NCBI GenBank assembly: GCA_017938245.1
Contig: JAGBBX010000024.1
Span: 47,050-111,049 of the forward strand
From: Bacteroidaceae bacterium
Lineage (GTDB): Bacteria > Bacteroidota > Bacteroidia > Bacteroidales > Bacteroidaceae
Direction: 5' to 3'
Length of the DNA stretch: 64,000 nucleotides
The notes beneath the pieces were generated by a model. It saw only the letters and a list, made by a program, of their open reading frames with translations, had not been told where the DNA came from and made no database searches. Positions 9,974 through 20,500 of the stretch are shown here, one piece after another. How positions within the stretch are numbered: position 1 is the stretch's first letter; every line of letters begins with the position of its first letter. The position numbers and the translations under genes were made by a program.

Positions 9974-10981
9974 ATGAGAATTGCTATTGTTGGTGTAAGC
10001 GGCGCAGTGGGCCAGGAGTTTCTGCGTGTGCTTGACGAGAGAAATTTCCCTTTTGACGAGCTTCTGCTTTTTGGTTCGGCACGCAGTGCAGGACAGGTTT
10101 ACAATTTCCGTGGAGTTGACTACACAGTAAAGGAGCTTAAGCACAACGACGATTTTAAGGGTGTCGACTATGCCTTTGTATCGGCCGGCGGCGGTGTTTC
10201 AAAAGATTTTGCCGAGACAATAACCAAGCACGGTGCAATAATGATTGACAACTCAAGCGCATTCCGTATGGACAGCGATGTACCCCTTGTTGTTCCCGAG
10301 GTAAATCCCACCGATGCATACGACACTCCCCGCAATATTATCGCCAACCCCAACTGCACCACAATACAGATGGTAGTAGCGCTTAAGGCAATTGAAAATC
10401 TTTCGCACATCAAGCGCGTACACTCATCGACTTACCAGGCAGCCAGCGGTGCAGGAGCATCGGCAATGGCCGAGCTTTACGAGCAGTACCGTCAGGTGCT
10501 TGCAGGCGAGGAGCCCACAGTTGAGAAGTTCGCCTATCAGTTGGCATTCAACGTAATACCTCAGATTGATGTATTTACCGAAAACGGCTACACAAAAGAG
10601 GAGATGAAGATGTTCAACGAGACACGCAAAATTATGCACAGCGACATTGCTGTCAGCGCAACCTGTGTGCGTGTACCCGCCCTGCGTTCACACTCGCAGG
10701 CATTGTGGATTGAGACCGAGGAGCCTCTTACAGTAGAGCAGGTTCGCGAGGCAATCGCAAACGGCGAGGGGCTTGTACTTATGGACAACCCCGAAAAGAA
10801 AGAGTATCCTATGCCCCTCTTCCTCTCGGGTAAAGACCCCGTTTATGCAGGACGTATCCGCAAAGACCTCACAAACCCCAACGGAATAAGTATGTGGATT
10901 GTAGGCGACCAGATTAAGAAGGGTGCAGCACTGAACGCAGTTCAGATTGCCGAGTTCCTCATCAATAATCCCAAGAAATAA
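9974..10981 (+). CDS. asd: Aspartate-semialdehyde dehydrogenase
   Basis: 335 aa with [16 protein letters not shown]..., NPNCTTIQ and [10 protein letters not shown] motifs. Confidence 0.95.
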   Translation: MRIAIVGVSGAVGQEFLRVLDERNFPFDELLLFGSARSAGQVYNFRGVDYTVKELKHNDDFKGVDYAFVSAGGGVSKDFAETITKHGAIMIDNSSAFRMDSDVPLVVPEVNPTDAYDTPRNIIANPNCTTIQMVVALKAIENLSHIKRVHSSTYQAASGAGASAMAELYEQYRQVLAGEEPTVEKFAYQLAFNVIPQIDVFTENGYTKEEMKMFNETRKIMHSDIAVSATCVRVPALRSHSQALWIETEEPLTVEQVREAIANGEGLVLMDNPEKKEYPMPLFLSGKDPVYAGRIRKDLTNPNGISMWIVGDQIKKGAALNAVQIAEFLINNPKK

Positions 10982-11006
10982 GAGATAATACTCATATACA
11001 CACAAT

Positions 11007-11043
11007 AAAAAATGTTCAGCACACACAATGCTGAACATTTTTT
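11007..11043. terminator. Bidirectional intrinsic terminator between asd and rsgA
   Basis: 9-bp stem ATGTTCAGC/GCTGAACAT flanked by an A-run and a T-run. Confidence 0.75.
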
Positions 11044-11061
11044 ATTTGTCACAAGAGAAAT

Positions 11062-11994
11062 CTACTCCGCACCACGATATTTTCCCTCATCCTTATCCTC
11101 GAGCATACTAAGATACGACTGATAGCGCGACGGTGCAATCCTACCCTCTTCAAGCGCCTCAAGGACAGCGCATCCCGGCTCGTGCGTATGAGTGCAGTTG
11201 CCATATCTACAACCGGCCGACAGTTCAAAAAACTCCACAAAGTAGTGAGCTATTTCCTCGGTATCCATATTATAGGAGCCGAACCCTTTCACTCCCGGAG
11301 TATCAACAAGATAACTATCGGGCATAAGCTCGAACATCTGTGTATAGGTAGTGGTGTGCATACCCGTATCGTGTATATGCGAAATTTCGCCCACCTTTGC
11401 CGCCACCGACGGAGAGATAGCATTCACAAGACTCGACTTTCCCACTCCCGAATTTCCGGCCAGTAGCGACACCTTTCCACGCATCATATTACATAGTTCC
11501 TCTATCCCCACACCGCTTGTCGCCGACACTTTTAGGCAACTATACCCTATGCTTTCGTATAGCGCCACAAGATAGTCTAGTTCCTCGTTCTCTTGCTCAC
11601 CGTAGAGGTCTATTTTATTAAAGACCAATACAACAGGAACGCGATATGCCTCGGCCGAAGCAAGAAAGCGGTCGATGAAAGTGGTCGATGTAACAGGGTG
11701 GTTTATTGTCACCACAAGAAAACAGAGGTCTAGGTTAGCCGCTAAAATGTGTGACTGTTTCGAGAGGTTCGATGCTTTACGTACAATATAGTTCTTACGA
11801 GGCATAATACCGACGATATACGCCGTACCATCCTCGCGGACGCTTATTTCGACATAATCGCCCACTGCCACAGGGTTGGTGCTTTTTATTCCTTTCAGTC
11901 GGAAATTGCCCTTTACTCTGCACTCTATTACCTCGCCATTGGCGCAGCGAACATCGTATACGCTGCCCGAACTTTTTATTACGGTACCTTGCAC
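11062..11994 (-). CDS. rsgA: Ribosome small subunit-dependent GTPase A
   Basis: 310 aa with an OB-like N-terminus, GNSGVGKSSL, and a C-terminal Cys/His zinc cluster (CRYGNCTHTHEPGC). Confidence 0.92.
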   Translation of the reverse strand: MQGTVIKSSGSVYDVRCANGEVIECRVKGNFRLKGIKSTNPVAVGDYVEISVREDGTAYIVGIMPRKNYIVRKASNLSKQSHILAANLDLCFLVVTINHPVTSTTFIDRFLASAEAYRVPVVLVFNKIDLYGEQENEELDYLVALYESIGYSCLKVSATSGVGIEELCNMMRGKVSLLAGNSGVGKSSLVNAISPSVAAKVGEISHIHDTGMHTTTYTQMFELMPDSYLVDTPGVKGFGSYNMDTEEIAHYFVEFFELSAGCRYGNCTHTHEPGCAVLEALEEGRIAPSRYQSYLSMLEDKDEGKYRGAE

Positions 11995-12005
11995 GTTGCG
12001 GCCGT

Positions 12006-12566
12006 TTATACAGTCATAATCTCTTTCTCCTTATCGGCAAAGAGCTCCTCGGCTTTCTTTATGAATTTATCGTGAATCTTCTGCAATTTCTCCTCGCCGT
12101 CCTTAGCTACATCCTCGGGAGTACCATCTTTCACCGATTTTTTAAGTGTATCTATAGTATCGCGACGAGCATTACGGATACTAATCTTTGCAGTCTCGAG
12201 TTCGCGTGCACACTGCTTTACAAGCTGCTGACGACGCTCTCCTGTGAGGGGAGGAATAGCCACGATGATAACCTCGCCATTGTTGGCAGGCATAATACCT
12301 ACGGGAGAGTCGATAATTGCCTTCTCAATAGCACTGAACATACTTTTGTCCCAGGGTTTGATTGAGATTGTACGCAGGTCGGGGGTAGTTATTGTAGCAA
12401 CATTATTAATAGGAACCTCGGAACCATACGAGTTTACACGTACACAGTCGAGCAGGTGAGGATTGGCCTTTCCAGCGCGTATATGTGAATACTCCTCCTC
12501 GAGGTGCATAATAGCAAGCTCCATCATCTCTTCGGCCTCGCCGAGACATACTTTTACGTCTAACAT
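12006..12566 (-). CDS. frr: Ribosome recycling factor
   Basis: 186 aa with typical Frr length and motifs (IRAGKANPHLLD, LTGERRQQLVK). Confidence 0.95.
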   Translation of the reverse strand: MLDVKVCLGEAEEMMELAIMHLEEEYSHIRAGKANPHLLDCVRVNSYGSEVPINNVATITTPDLRTISIKPWDKSMFSAIEKAIIDSPVGIMPANNGEVIIVAIPPLTGERRQQLVKQCARELETAKISIRNARRDTIDTLKKSVKDGTPEDVAKDGEEKLQKIHDKFIKKAEELFADKEKEIMTV

Positions 12567-12852
12567 AATATTTCAGTTTAAGTTTATAAACAGTTTACCG
12601 CGAAGATAGTGACTAACAAACAAGAGCGGCAAAGACACTCTGCCATTTCACTGCGAGTGCAGGCTATTTTCGCGCTTTACCGCAAAGATAAACACAAACG
12701 GCGAATAATATAAAATTTTCAGCAATATTTTATACAGAGACTATACATATTCTGTATAAATATATCAATAGTTGAGAAAAAAATATACATTTGCAATTGC
12801 ACAACAACCAACTTCGCCCAAATATTGTTTTATCAGAAAAAAGGAGGTAATT

Positions 12853-13104
12853 ATGAGCGGCAAGATATCACAGAACCATTTAGTGAGAGTTTTCAACGGA
12901 AATCTATGGCAGGCCGAGATAGTACAGGGCCTTCTTCAGTCGAATCATATAAAATGTATGATTGAGAATGACACCCTATCGGCCGTTACATCGCCATACG
13001 CAACATTAGGCGGCGATGTGTGGGTACTTGTGAACGAGCACGACGAGGAAGCTGCTGCGCTTCTCATAAAGGACAATCGTTTAGAGTGTAACCCGTTTAA
13101 TTAG
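12853..13104 (+). CDS. DUF2007-like small protein
   Basis: The start was taken at the ATG at 12853, preceded by AAGGAGG. The upstream TTG extension is unsupported. Confidence 0.65.
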   Translation: MSGKISQNHLVRVFNGNLWQAEIVQGLLQSNHIKCMIENDTLSAVTSPYATLGGDVWVLVNEHDEEAAALLIKDNRLECNPFN

Positions 13105-13113
13105 ACCAAAATA

Positions 13114-13145
13114 AAAAGGACACCCAAAAAAAGGTGTCCTTTTAT
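13114..13145. terminator. Bidirectional intrinsic terminator (GGACACC/GGTGTCC)
   Basis: Hairpin flanked by A- and T-runs, between convergent ORFs. Confidence 0.7.
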
Positions 13146-13167
13146 TTCTACGCGACAAGCGCAACCA

Positions 13168-13518
13168 TTAGCCCTTAATCTCCTTGATACGAGCCTTCTT
13201 ACCTGTGAGGGCACGAAGATAATAGAGCTTAGCGCGACGAACGCGACCACGCTTGTTGACTGTGATGCTGTCGATAGAGGGTGAGTTCAAGGGGAAGATA
13301 CGCTCAACGCCTACTGTACCCGACATCTTACGTACAGTGAAACGTTTCTCGTTTCCGTGACCTGCAATCTTGATAACAACACCGCGGTACATCTGGATAC
13401 GCTCCTTTGTTCCCTCGATAATCTTGTAAGCTACTGTGATTGTATCACCGGGGTGAAACTCCATCTCGCGCTGTACATCTGTAGCAAATGCTTCTTTAGC
13501 AACCTTAATTAAATCCAT
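13168..13518 (-). CDS. rplS: 50S ribosomal protein L19
   Basis: 116 aa with clear L19 sequence character (PGDTITV...[10 protein letters not shown]...). Confidence 0.95.
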   Translation of the reverse strand: MDLIKVAKEAFATDVQREMEFHPGDTITVAYKIIEGTKERIQMYRGVVIKIAGHGNEKRFTVRKMSGTVGVERIFPLNSPSIDSITVNKRGRVRRAKLYYLRALTGKKARIKEIKG

Positions 13519-13752
13519 TTTTACGATTTTTTAAATTGTTGTTTCTCCTACGCAACATATCAAGTTACTCTTCCTTGACAGCGATTACGCCGGAAGCGGA
13601 TGCAAAGATAGCTCTTTTTTTCTTAACGCATTAAAAAAGTTGAGGATATTTTTCCTTAAGCCGCGAAATTTTAACCATTAAAGCTATTTTAGCACTGTAA
13701 ATTAGCACATATTTAATAAGAAAATGTAAATTTGAAGCCTAAATACGAAATT

Positions 13753-14553
13753 ATGAAGATAGAGAAGATTATACTAATCATTTTTCTTACGGCACAACTG
13801 TTTGTTACCTCTTGTCATAGAGAGTACTGCATTAAAAATATCGATGGGTGCACAATAGCCGTCACCGAAGAGCCAATAGAGAGTATCCCTGCCAACATCA
13901 TAGAACACATCAAAAGAGGTGAGAAGAGTGTCGACAGCATTAAATCGCCTGTAATAGGTCACGCACTGACAACGATGACAGTAGAGGCACCCGAAAGTTC
14001 GCTGATGAACTTTGCCGCCGACGCACTGCGCGAGCAGGCCCAAAGACACACCCGCCAGAGGATAGACGTTGCCATAACCAACAAAGGAGGTCTGCGCAGC
14101 GAAATTACCGAGGGCGCCATAACATTTGGCGACATTTACAACGTATTTCCTTTTGAGAACAGACTTGTACTTATAACCCTTAACGGTGAGCAGATGCTGC
14201 GTCTCTTCTCCGAAATCGCCAAAGAGGGAGGAGAGCCCATAAGCGGCGCACGTATGGAGATAATAGGGTATCCCGACAATCCTCGTTGCGGACGAGTGAA
14301 AATAGGAGGCAAAGAGATTCCGACCGACAAAGAGGAGCAGCTGAAACGAGAATATCGCATAGCTACCAGCGACTACCTTGCACAAGGTAACGACGGACTG
14401 ACAACACTTGCCGAGGGATATAACAAGAAAGAGTACACCATCACACTGCGCGACCTTATGATAGAGTATATTGCAAGACATCACAAAAGAACAAAAGGGG
14501 TAAGCGCACACAAAGATGGACGAGTAAAACTTATTGACGCAACCGATAAATAA
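13753..14553 (+). CDS. 5'-nucleotidase C-terminal-domain lipoprotein
   Basis: Lipobox LFVTSC. The substrate-binding-domain-like sequence includes ITNKGGLRS and DIYNVFPFEN. Confidence 0.8.
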   Translation: MKIEKIILIIFLTAQLFVTSCHREYCIKNIDGCTIAVTEEPIESIPANIIEHIKRGEKSVDSIKSPVIGHALTTMTVEAPESSLMNFAADALREQAQRHTRQRIDVAITNKGGLRSEITEGAITFGDIYNVFPFENRLVLITLNGEQMLRLFSEIAKEGGEPISGARMEIIGYPDNPRCGRVKIGGKEIPTDKEEQLKREYRIATSDYLAQGNDGLTTLAEGYNKKEYTITLRDLMIEYIARHHKRTKGVSAHKDGRVKLIDATDK

Positions 14554-14565
14554 CAGCATATAAAA

Positions 14566-15396
14566 ATGAGACAGATATATTTAATGGCATTGATGGCTCT
14601 CCTTGTGTGCGGTTGCCAAGAGAGGATAGCCGACAAGATAACCATTCTGCACACCAACGACACCCACAGCCACGTAGAGCCCGAGAAAAACCGAGGCGGG
14701 GGACTGATGAATCGTGCCGCACTGATAGAGCGTGAAAAAAAGCTCGCAGGCACCGAGAACACGCTGCTACTCGATTGTGGCGACTTTTCACAAGGCTCAC
14801 TCTATTACAATGTATTCAAAGGAGCCTTCGAGATAGACGCAATGAACATCCTGGGCTACAATGCCGGCACAATTGGTAATCACGAATTCGATTTCGGGTT
14901 AGAAAACCTCGCAAAATTGGTAAAACGAGCGCAATTCCCCATCGTTTGTGCCAATCTCGATTTTACAGGCACAGTTTGTGAGGGCCTTATCCCACCCTAT
15001 ATCAGCACAGAGTGCGGAGGAATAAAGATAGGAATATTCGGTCTATCGCCCAAGCTCGAAGGCCTTGTACTCAAAGAAAATTATCAAGGCGTAGAATACC
15101 GTTCACCCATTGAGGCTGCACAAGTGTGTGCCGACACACTCAGAAAAGAGGGTTGCACTCTCATCATCTGCCTATCGCATCTTGGATGGAATATCCCGGG
15201 TACGATAAACGACAGGCAGTTGGCAGCCGAGACAAGCGGAATAGATATTATCCTCGGCGGACACTCGCACGACCTATTCGAAGAACCTATACGCCTCAAA
15301 AACAAAGAGGGAAAAGAGGTTGTAATTCAGCAAGCAGGAAAATACGGACGAAACATCGGCAAAATAACAATAGAATCAGGAGAAAAGCCCGATTAG
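14566..15396 (+). CDS. Metallophosphoesterase (5'-nucleotidase N-terminal catalytic domain) lipoprotein
   Basis: Lipobox LLVCGC with the motifs ILHTNDTHSH, DCGDFSQG, GNHEFD and GGHSHD. Confidence 0.88.
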   Translation: MRQIYLMALMALLVCGCQERIADKITILHTNDTHSHVEPEKNRGGGLMNRAALIEREKKLAGTENTLLLDCGDFSQGSLYYNVFKGAFEIDAMNILGYNAGTIGNHEFDFGLENLAKLVKRAQFPIVCANLDFTGTVCEGLIPPYISTECGGIKIGIFGLSPKLEGLVLKENYQGVEYRSPIEAAQVCADTLRKEGCTLIICLSHLGWNIPGTINDRQLAAETSGIDIILGGHSHDLFEEPIRLKNKEGKEVVIQQAGKYGRNIGKITIESGEKPD

Positions 15397-15461
15397 CCGA
15401 AGAATTGTTTAAATTACGTTAAAAACAGCTTTTTTCGTTCTATTTATAGTATCTTCGCAGC

Positions 15462-15469
15462 TATATTTG
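15462..15469 (+). promoter_or_regulatory. -7 box TATATTTG
   Basis: About 29 nt upstream of the ATG at 15498. Confidence 0.45.
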
Positions 15470-15497
15470 AAATTTTTAACCTTAGATAATTAAACTA

Positions 15498-16574
15498 ATG
15501 AAAAAGAACCTTACAATCGCAACGATAGCATTGGCAGCAATGGCATCGTGCACAAACCAGCCTGTGGGTTACACCATCAATGGAACTGTTGCCGACTCTA
15601 CACTCAACGGCAAGACAATCTACCTTATCGATATCAACACCGAGGAGCAGCCAAGCGACTCGGCAGTTATCACAAACAACGCATACACATTCACCTCGCA
15701 AGAGGCTCTCGCAACTCCCTGTATCAAGAGGGTATTTATGGGTCGCGCAGGTCAGAATGTCATTATCGACAATGGCGCTGTAGTAAATATAAAGACAGGT
15801 GAATACCCCACCGACAACGGTGGTCTTAACGACAAGAATGCAGCACTTATGAATAGTGTCAGCGAAAAATCGAAGCAGTTACGTGAGACATACGGTGCTC
15901 TTATGCAGGCAGGTGTAAGCGCCGACTCAATCCGCACAGTCCTCACAGCCGAGCAGGATAAGATTATGGCTCTTTACACAACTGCCATCGAAGAGAACAA
16001 AGATAATATCTTTGGTGCATTAGTATTTGCTATGACAGCAGGCGACTACAACAGCGTCGAGGAACTTGACTCTGCTGCTGCAAATGTAAAATATGCAGAC
16101 GTTTTCAAGCAGGTAACAGAGCAGCGAGAGTCGCTTAAAGCTCTTGAGGCAACAAAAGAGGGCGCAATGTTCACCGATTTTGCAGGTAAGAACATAGATG
16201 GAACAGCTGCCAAGCTTTCGGATTATGTAGGCAAAGGCAAATATGTTCTTGTAGATTTCTGGGCATCTTGGTGCGGTCCCTGTCGTGGTGAGATTCCTAA
16301 CCTCGTTGAGCTTCAGAAAAAGTTTGGAGGCAAGAACTTTACCGTTCTTGGTGTAAACGTATGGGATCAGGAGGCCGAATTCAAGAAGGCACTCGAGAGC
16401 GAGGGTATCAACTATCCACAACTTTATGCTTCGGACAACCAAGATGCAACAACAATCTACGGCATAAAGGGTATTCCTCAGATTATGCTCTTTGGCCCCG
16501 ATGGTACAATTGTTAAACGCAACCTTCGCGGCGAGGCTATGAAGAAATTCGTTGCCGAGCAGCTGGCAAAGTAA
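15498..16574 (+). CDS. TlpA/AhpC-family thiol-disulfide oxidoreductase lipoprotein
   Basis: 358 aa with signal/lipobox ...AAMASC and a thioredoxin motif FWASWCGPCRGE. Confidence 0.9.
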   Translation: MKKNLTIATIALAAMASCTNQPVGYTINGTVADSTLNGKTIYLIDINTEEQPSDSAVITNNAYTFTSQEALATPCIKRVFMGRAGQNVIIDNGAVVNIKTGEYPTDNGGLNDKNAALMNSVSEKSKQLRETYGALMQAGVSADSIRTVLTAEQDKIMALYTTAIEENKDNIFGALVFAMTAGDYNSVEELDSAAANVKYADVFKQVTEQRESLKALEATKEGAMFTDFAGKNIDGTAAKLSDYVGKGKYVLVDFWASWCGPCRGEIPNLVELQKKFGGKNFTVLGVNVWDQEAEFKKALESEGINYPQLYASDNQDATTIYGIKGIPQIMLFGPDGTIVKRNLRGEAMKKFVAEQLAK

Positions 16575-16600
16575 TCTTCGATAGACAACAGAATAAATAT

Positions 16601-16628
16601 GAGGCAGAAAGCGCGCTTTCTGCCTCAT
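16601..16628. terminator. Bidirectional terminator, perfect palindrome TGAGGCAGAAAGCG/CGCTTTCTGCCTCA
   Basis: Lies between the convergent tlpA-like gene and upp. Confidence 0.8.
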
Positions 16629-16651
16629 ATTTTATTATATGGAAAAGATTA

Positions 16652-17302
16652 TCACTCTTTCTCACCAAAGCAAAGGTCACCGGCATCGCCCAACCCCGGA
16701 ACAATATAATAATGTTCGTTCAACTGTGGGTCTACTGCTGCACAATAGAGGATTACATCCTCGGGAAAATTATTTGCAACATATTCAACAGCATATTGGC
16801 TGGCAATAACCGAGGCAAGAATAACCTTTGACGGCACACCTTTTGTACACAATGCCTTATAGCTAAGCTCGGCACTGCTACCCGTTGCCAACATTGTATC
16901 GACAAGAAGAAGAGTCTTACCTTCGAGACGGGGAGCGGCAAGATACTCTATCTTAACATCGAAATGGGTTTCGTCGATATACTCTCTATATGCCGAGACA
17001 AAGGCATTCTCGGCATCATCAAAGATATTATGAAAGCCCGTATGCAATGGGAGTCCTGCTCTTAGAATAGTTGCCAATACCACTTTGTCGAGCGGCACAT
17101 TCTGCTCCGAATCGGCAAGAGGAGTCTTTACCGTAGAGGTACCATACTGCAACTCTTTGCTTATTTCGTATGCCATAATCTCGCCTATACGCTCGACATT
17201 TCTGCGAAAACGCATACTGTCACCCTGAACATTCACATCACGAAGTTCGGAAACGAACTTATTCAAGATTGTATTATTCTTGGAAAGGTCTACAATTTTC
17301 AT
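16652..17302 (-). CDS. upp: Uracil phosphoribosyltransferase
   Basis: 216 aa with a PRPP-binding loop LLLVDTMLATGSS and C-terminal IVPGLGDAGD. Confidence 0.93.
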   Translation of the reverse strand: MKIVDLSKNNTILNKFVSELRDVNVQGDSMRFRRNVERIGEIMAYEISKELQYGTSTVKTPLADSEQNVPLDKVVLATILRAGLPLHTGFHNIFDDAENAFVSAYREYIDETHFDVKIEYLAAPRLEGKTLLLVDTMLATGSSAELSYKALCTKGVPSKVILASVIASQYAVEYVANNFPEDVILYCAAVDPQLNEHYYIVPGLGDAGDLCFGEKE

Positions 17303-17343
17303 AGTTTTACTATTTTTACCGTTTTTACCTGTGCGAATATATG

Positions 17344-17351
17344 CAAACTTA
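17344..17351 (-). promoter_or_regulatory. -7 box TAAGTTTG for upp
   Basis: The reverse complement of CAAACTTA lies about 42 nt upstream of the upp ATG. This bounds the prophage left end to the right of 17351. Confidence 0.45.
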
Positions 17352-17397
17352 TTGAAATTAACATAAAAGCAGGCTCACATTTTTTCCTTTTTATAAT

Positions 17398-17465
17398 CCG
17401 CAAAACGAAGCGTTTCGCCTTTTTTGAACGAACCGCTCATTTTTTCAAAACGAAATGTACCTTTG
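17398..17465. promoter_or_regulatory. Fibre-proximal prophage end: three AACGAA-core repeats (putative transposase binding sites)
   Basis: Cores at 17404-17409, 17427-17432 and 17449-17454, spaced 23 and 22 bp. They are the reverse complement of the cores at the other end. Confidence 0.6.
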
Positions 17466-17524
17466 AGGGTATCCCCCTTTTTCAAAAAATTTTCGACTGG
17501 CTTACGCCAGTATTCAACAATTAA

Positions 17525-17555
17525 AACGGCGTTGGAATGGTGTTCCAACGCCGTT
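17525..17555 (-). terminator. Perfect 13-bp stem-loop downstream of the fibre/VR gene
   Basis: AACGGCGTTGGAA tggtg TTCCAACGCCGTT, about 29 nt past the stop at 17584 and about 90 nt past the VR. T-rich sequence follows on both strands. Confidence 0.7.
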
Positions 17556-17583
17556 CGTTTTTCGCTTTGTCGCTTCGCTCCCG

Positions 17584-20500
17584 CTATGCTACTTCGGCTA
17601 TCGCCTTGTAGGCTTCGACGCTTTGCGCTCTCTCGATTTTGCCGCGGAAGGCCAGGCGCGACCCGATATACGTGTACGAGTTCGAAGCATCGTGATACGC
17701 ATTCGCGAACGACACACCGCCATGCGAGAGCGCGGTGCTGTCGCCACGATAAACCACACGGCTAACTGACCCCGCATAGTAATACTTGTCGCAGTAGTAA
17801 GTGGTCTCACTACCAGTCAATGTTCCGACTGGTATGATGTCCATATACTTGCCGTGAGCTACAGCTGTGGTAAACTGGTCTGAACCCGTCTTCGCTTTGA
17901 CTTTGCGGGTCGTGCCGTCTGGCATTACAATATACCACTTATGATCTACTGAACCCTCATTGACTGACACATTGTCCATCATATCGTACTTGTGACCATA
18001 GATATCCTCATAGCCCAAGCAGTTCACATTGTTTATCTGCACATAGGAGCCGTTTTCCTCATACCACGCATAGGTGGTCTTGTTGTTCGGGTTGACGGTA
18101 TCCTTCATGCCCAACATTGCCGTGCCGCCTGTCTTGCGGGCATTGGTGTCCTGACCGTGACCGCACTGCGCCTGGCTGTTGCGTCTGCCATACTTGGCAA
18201 AGAACAGGTTGGCTATATCTCGGTGCATATCATAGTCTATCTGCTGCATTCCGCGTGCCTGGCTGTAATAATGGAAGTCCGTCCAGTTCATACTTGCGGC
18301 GGTCGAACCTCCCGTGATACAACTGCGGAGCTTTGTGCCTACGATAGAACTACCGAACACTGCGGTGAAGCACTCTTCGTGCTCTACCCAATCAGGCTCC
18401 ATATCTTCAATCCTGTCACTGTTAGACAGCACAACCTTGTCGAACTCAGCGGTTCGATAAACAGTGAAGTGCAATTCTGTGGCTCCTGCTGGCACATCAT
18501 ATATGAGATACATTCCGTTCTCAAACTTAACCGACAAAGATGATACGACCACATTGTCGAGGACATTACCCTCCGAGTCCGTAAAGATTGAACCCATAAG
18601 GTTTGTACCGACCACTGACGGGAAGCGGACACGCTTGAAGCCCGACACCTCCACACGGCACACGGCATAATTGCTGTCGGTCGCATAAGAGTTGGCAAGC
18701 GTTCCCTTGCCTGTCATTATCTTGTACTTGTCCTTATAGTCGCCCGCATCGGTTATATCCTGGAGTGTCAGGACTGTCGCCTCGGGCACATCGGGCATCG
18801 CCTTGTTGGTACTGTAGCAACTGTAGTTCTTGCCGTTCAGATAGTCATTGATACCTTTGAACCAGTAATGGGGCTCAAACATCATCACATCGCCCTCGCT
18901 ACCGTCAAGCATTGCAGGGGTACAGTTGGTTGTCTTCTCTGCGTCTGCATAATAGTTCGAGTTCTCATCGTGCAATGGGAAGTAGGTCATCACGCCGTCC
19001 TTGTTGTTCGCCGTAGTCTCAACCCCTGCAATGGTTATATTGCGTGTGGTCGGTTTGGTGGTAACTTTGGCAAGGCAACGGAAACGCTGCTTCAGGATGG
19101 CTTTGATATGACCGCTCGGCACGTAGTCATTGCCATAGGCACAACCCGTTTGGTTGTCGGGGTTGCTCACATTGTCATCTGCAGATACGTTCTCATCGAA
19201 CTCGATCATCGTGTACTGCGGTTGCATAATGTTCAACTCTGGGTAACGTGACTTGTACTCGGCATACACTTCATCATCAAGGTAGACGGTGAGCTGGTAT
19301 GAGCCGACAAGGGCACAAGTGTCCACAGCATTGCCGTTCGCATCGATACCGCCCAAATGCTTGTATCTCGCAAGGAAACTCTCATCGCCAGTCATATTGA
19401 CACCTGTAATACGGACACGCTTCACATTGGCACAACGGGCAAGGATATTCTCCCAATCCAGATTCGGGCACTCGGCAAAGCGGAAGGTCTCAATCGAGTC
19501 GTAACCCTCTACAAGCAAACCGCTGTTGTCGAGTTTTGGCAGATATTCCAGACGCAGGGCGGTGAGGGTTGCTGGTAACACAGCTTCACGCAACGGAGCA
19601 CCTTCAGCAAACACAACACTTTGGGCTTCTGTTCCACCTGCATTCATCACCTCGAGGCGTGTCTGGTTGGAGAAGTTCAACTCCGAAGAGGAAAGCGTGC
19701 CTGTCCTGGCATTCTTCTGACCGTTCAGATTTACCTCACGAAGTTGTCGGCACTGGTCAAGGACAGCACACCAACCCGATGCACCGCCGCCTGTCGTACT
19801 CAAGTCCAGGTACTGGAGATTGGTACACTTGTTCAGGTTCACGTCACCCGTCAGATTATCTGCCACGCCTCGCATATCAAGCCTCTTGGCTCGGCTGGCT
19901 CCATATACTCGTATCGGGTCATTGACTGTGAACGCATCGCTGAAGGTAAGCGTCACCTCCTCACCCTTCTCCGCCCTTTGGGACGGCTGTATCGATGGGG
20001 AGTTGTTGGTACCATAGCCGAAGTAATACACCTCGTTGGCGGTCACCACTATCGTATTGGCTGCCTCCGTTGCAGTACGGGCAAGGTACATATCGATGTT
20101 GTCCGAACGGTAACTGCCCGTTTCGTATTTAGCATCGAGCAGGGCATATCGGTTGCGTATGGTATGAATACGATGATGCTTACGGCTGCCGTGCAAAGCG
20201 TATATATGCGGGTACTTGGTCAGCGTTCCCTTCACATCAACGCCCTCAAGCATCGGCTTGATATACTTCCATTCGCCCGACTTGTTGTACTGGCGTGCCG
20301 ACCAGTTGCCCATCTGCTCCTCATTCAGCACCTGAAGTACTCGCTCGGGGGTCATAACCTCACGCAAAGCGGCTGCATCAGACTTCAGTTCCGCTTCAAA
20401 GTTGGCAAGGATAAGACACCAGAACATACTTGCATAGCCCTCGAAGGCGTATTTGCTCTTTTCTGCGTCCCAGGTCTCACGGTCCACATCGTACTTGTAG

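Noticed and set aside
9848-10144. N-terminal 99-aa extension of the ThiF-family ORF (track start at 10144).
   Set aside because: The extension is hydrophobic and low-complexity. It overlaps the asd start codon and its TAATTTTG promoter box. The conserved ThiF fold begins right after the internal Met at 9847.
13519-13610. A possible ribosomal-protein leader upstream of rplS, given a TATCTTTG box about 95 nt upstream.
   Set aside because: I could not draw a convincing conserved structure by eye and I have no comparative data.
17385-17403. Attempt to define the exact prophage termini and a 5-bp target-site duplication, using 17385-17403 together with 56975-57000.
   Set aside because: No symmetric choice of ends gave identical flanking 5-mers. 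The only shared pentamer (TTTTA) sits at unequal distances from the cores. The boundaries are therefore reported only approximately.
17424-17765. 113-aa plus-strand ORF spanning the prophage end and the VR. The related frame echoes at 17598-17810 (-), 42968-43294 (+) and 43080-43331 (+) belong with it.
   Set aside because: These are out-of-frame or antisense readings of the VR/TR repeat and of intergenic DNA. Their mutual similarity is what revealed the TR/VR pair, but they are not genes.
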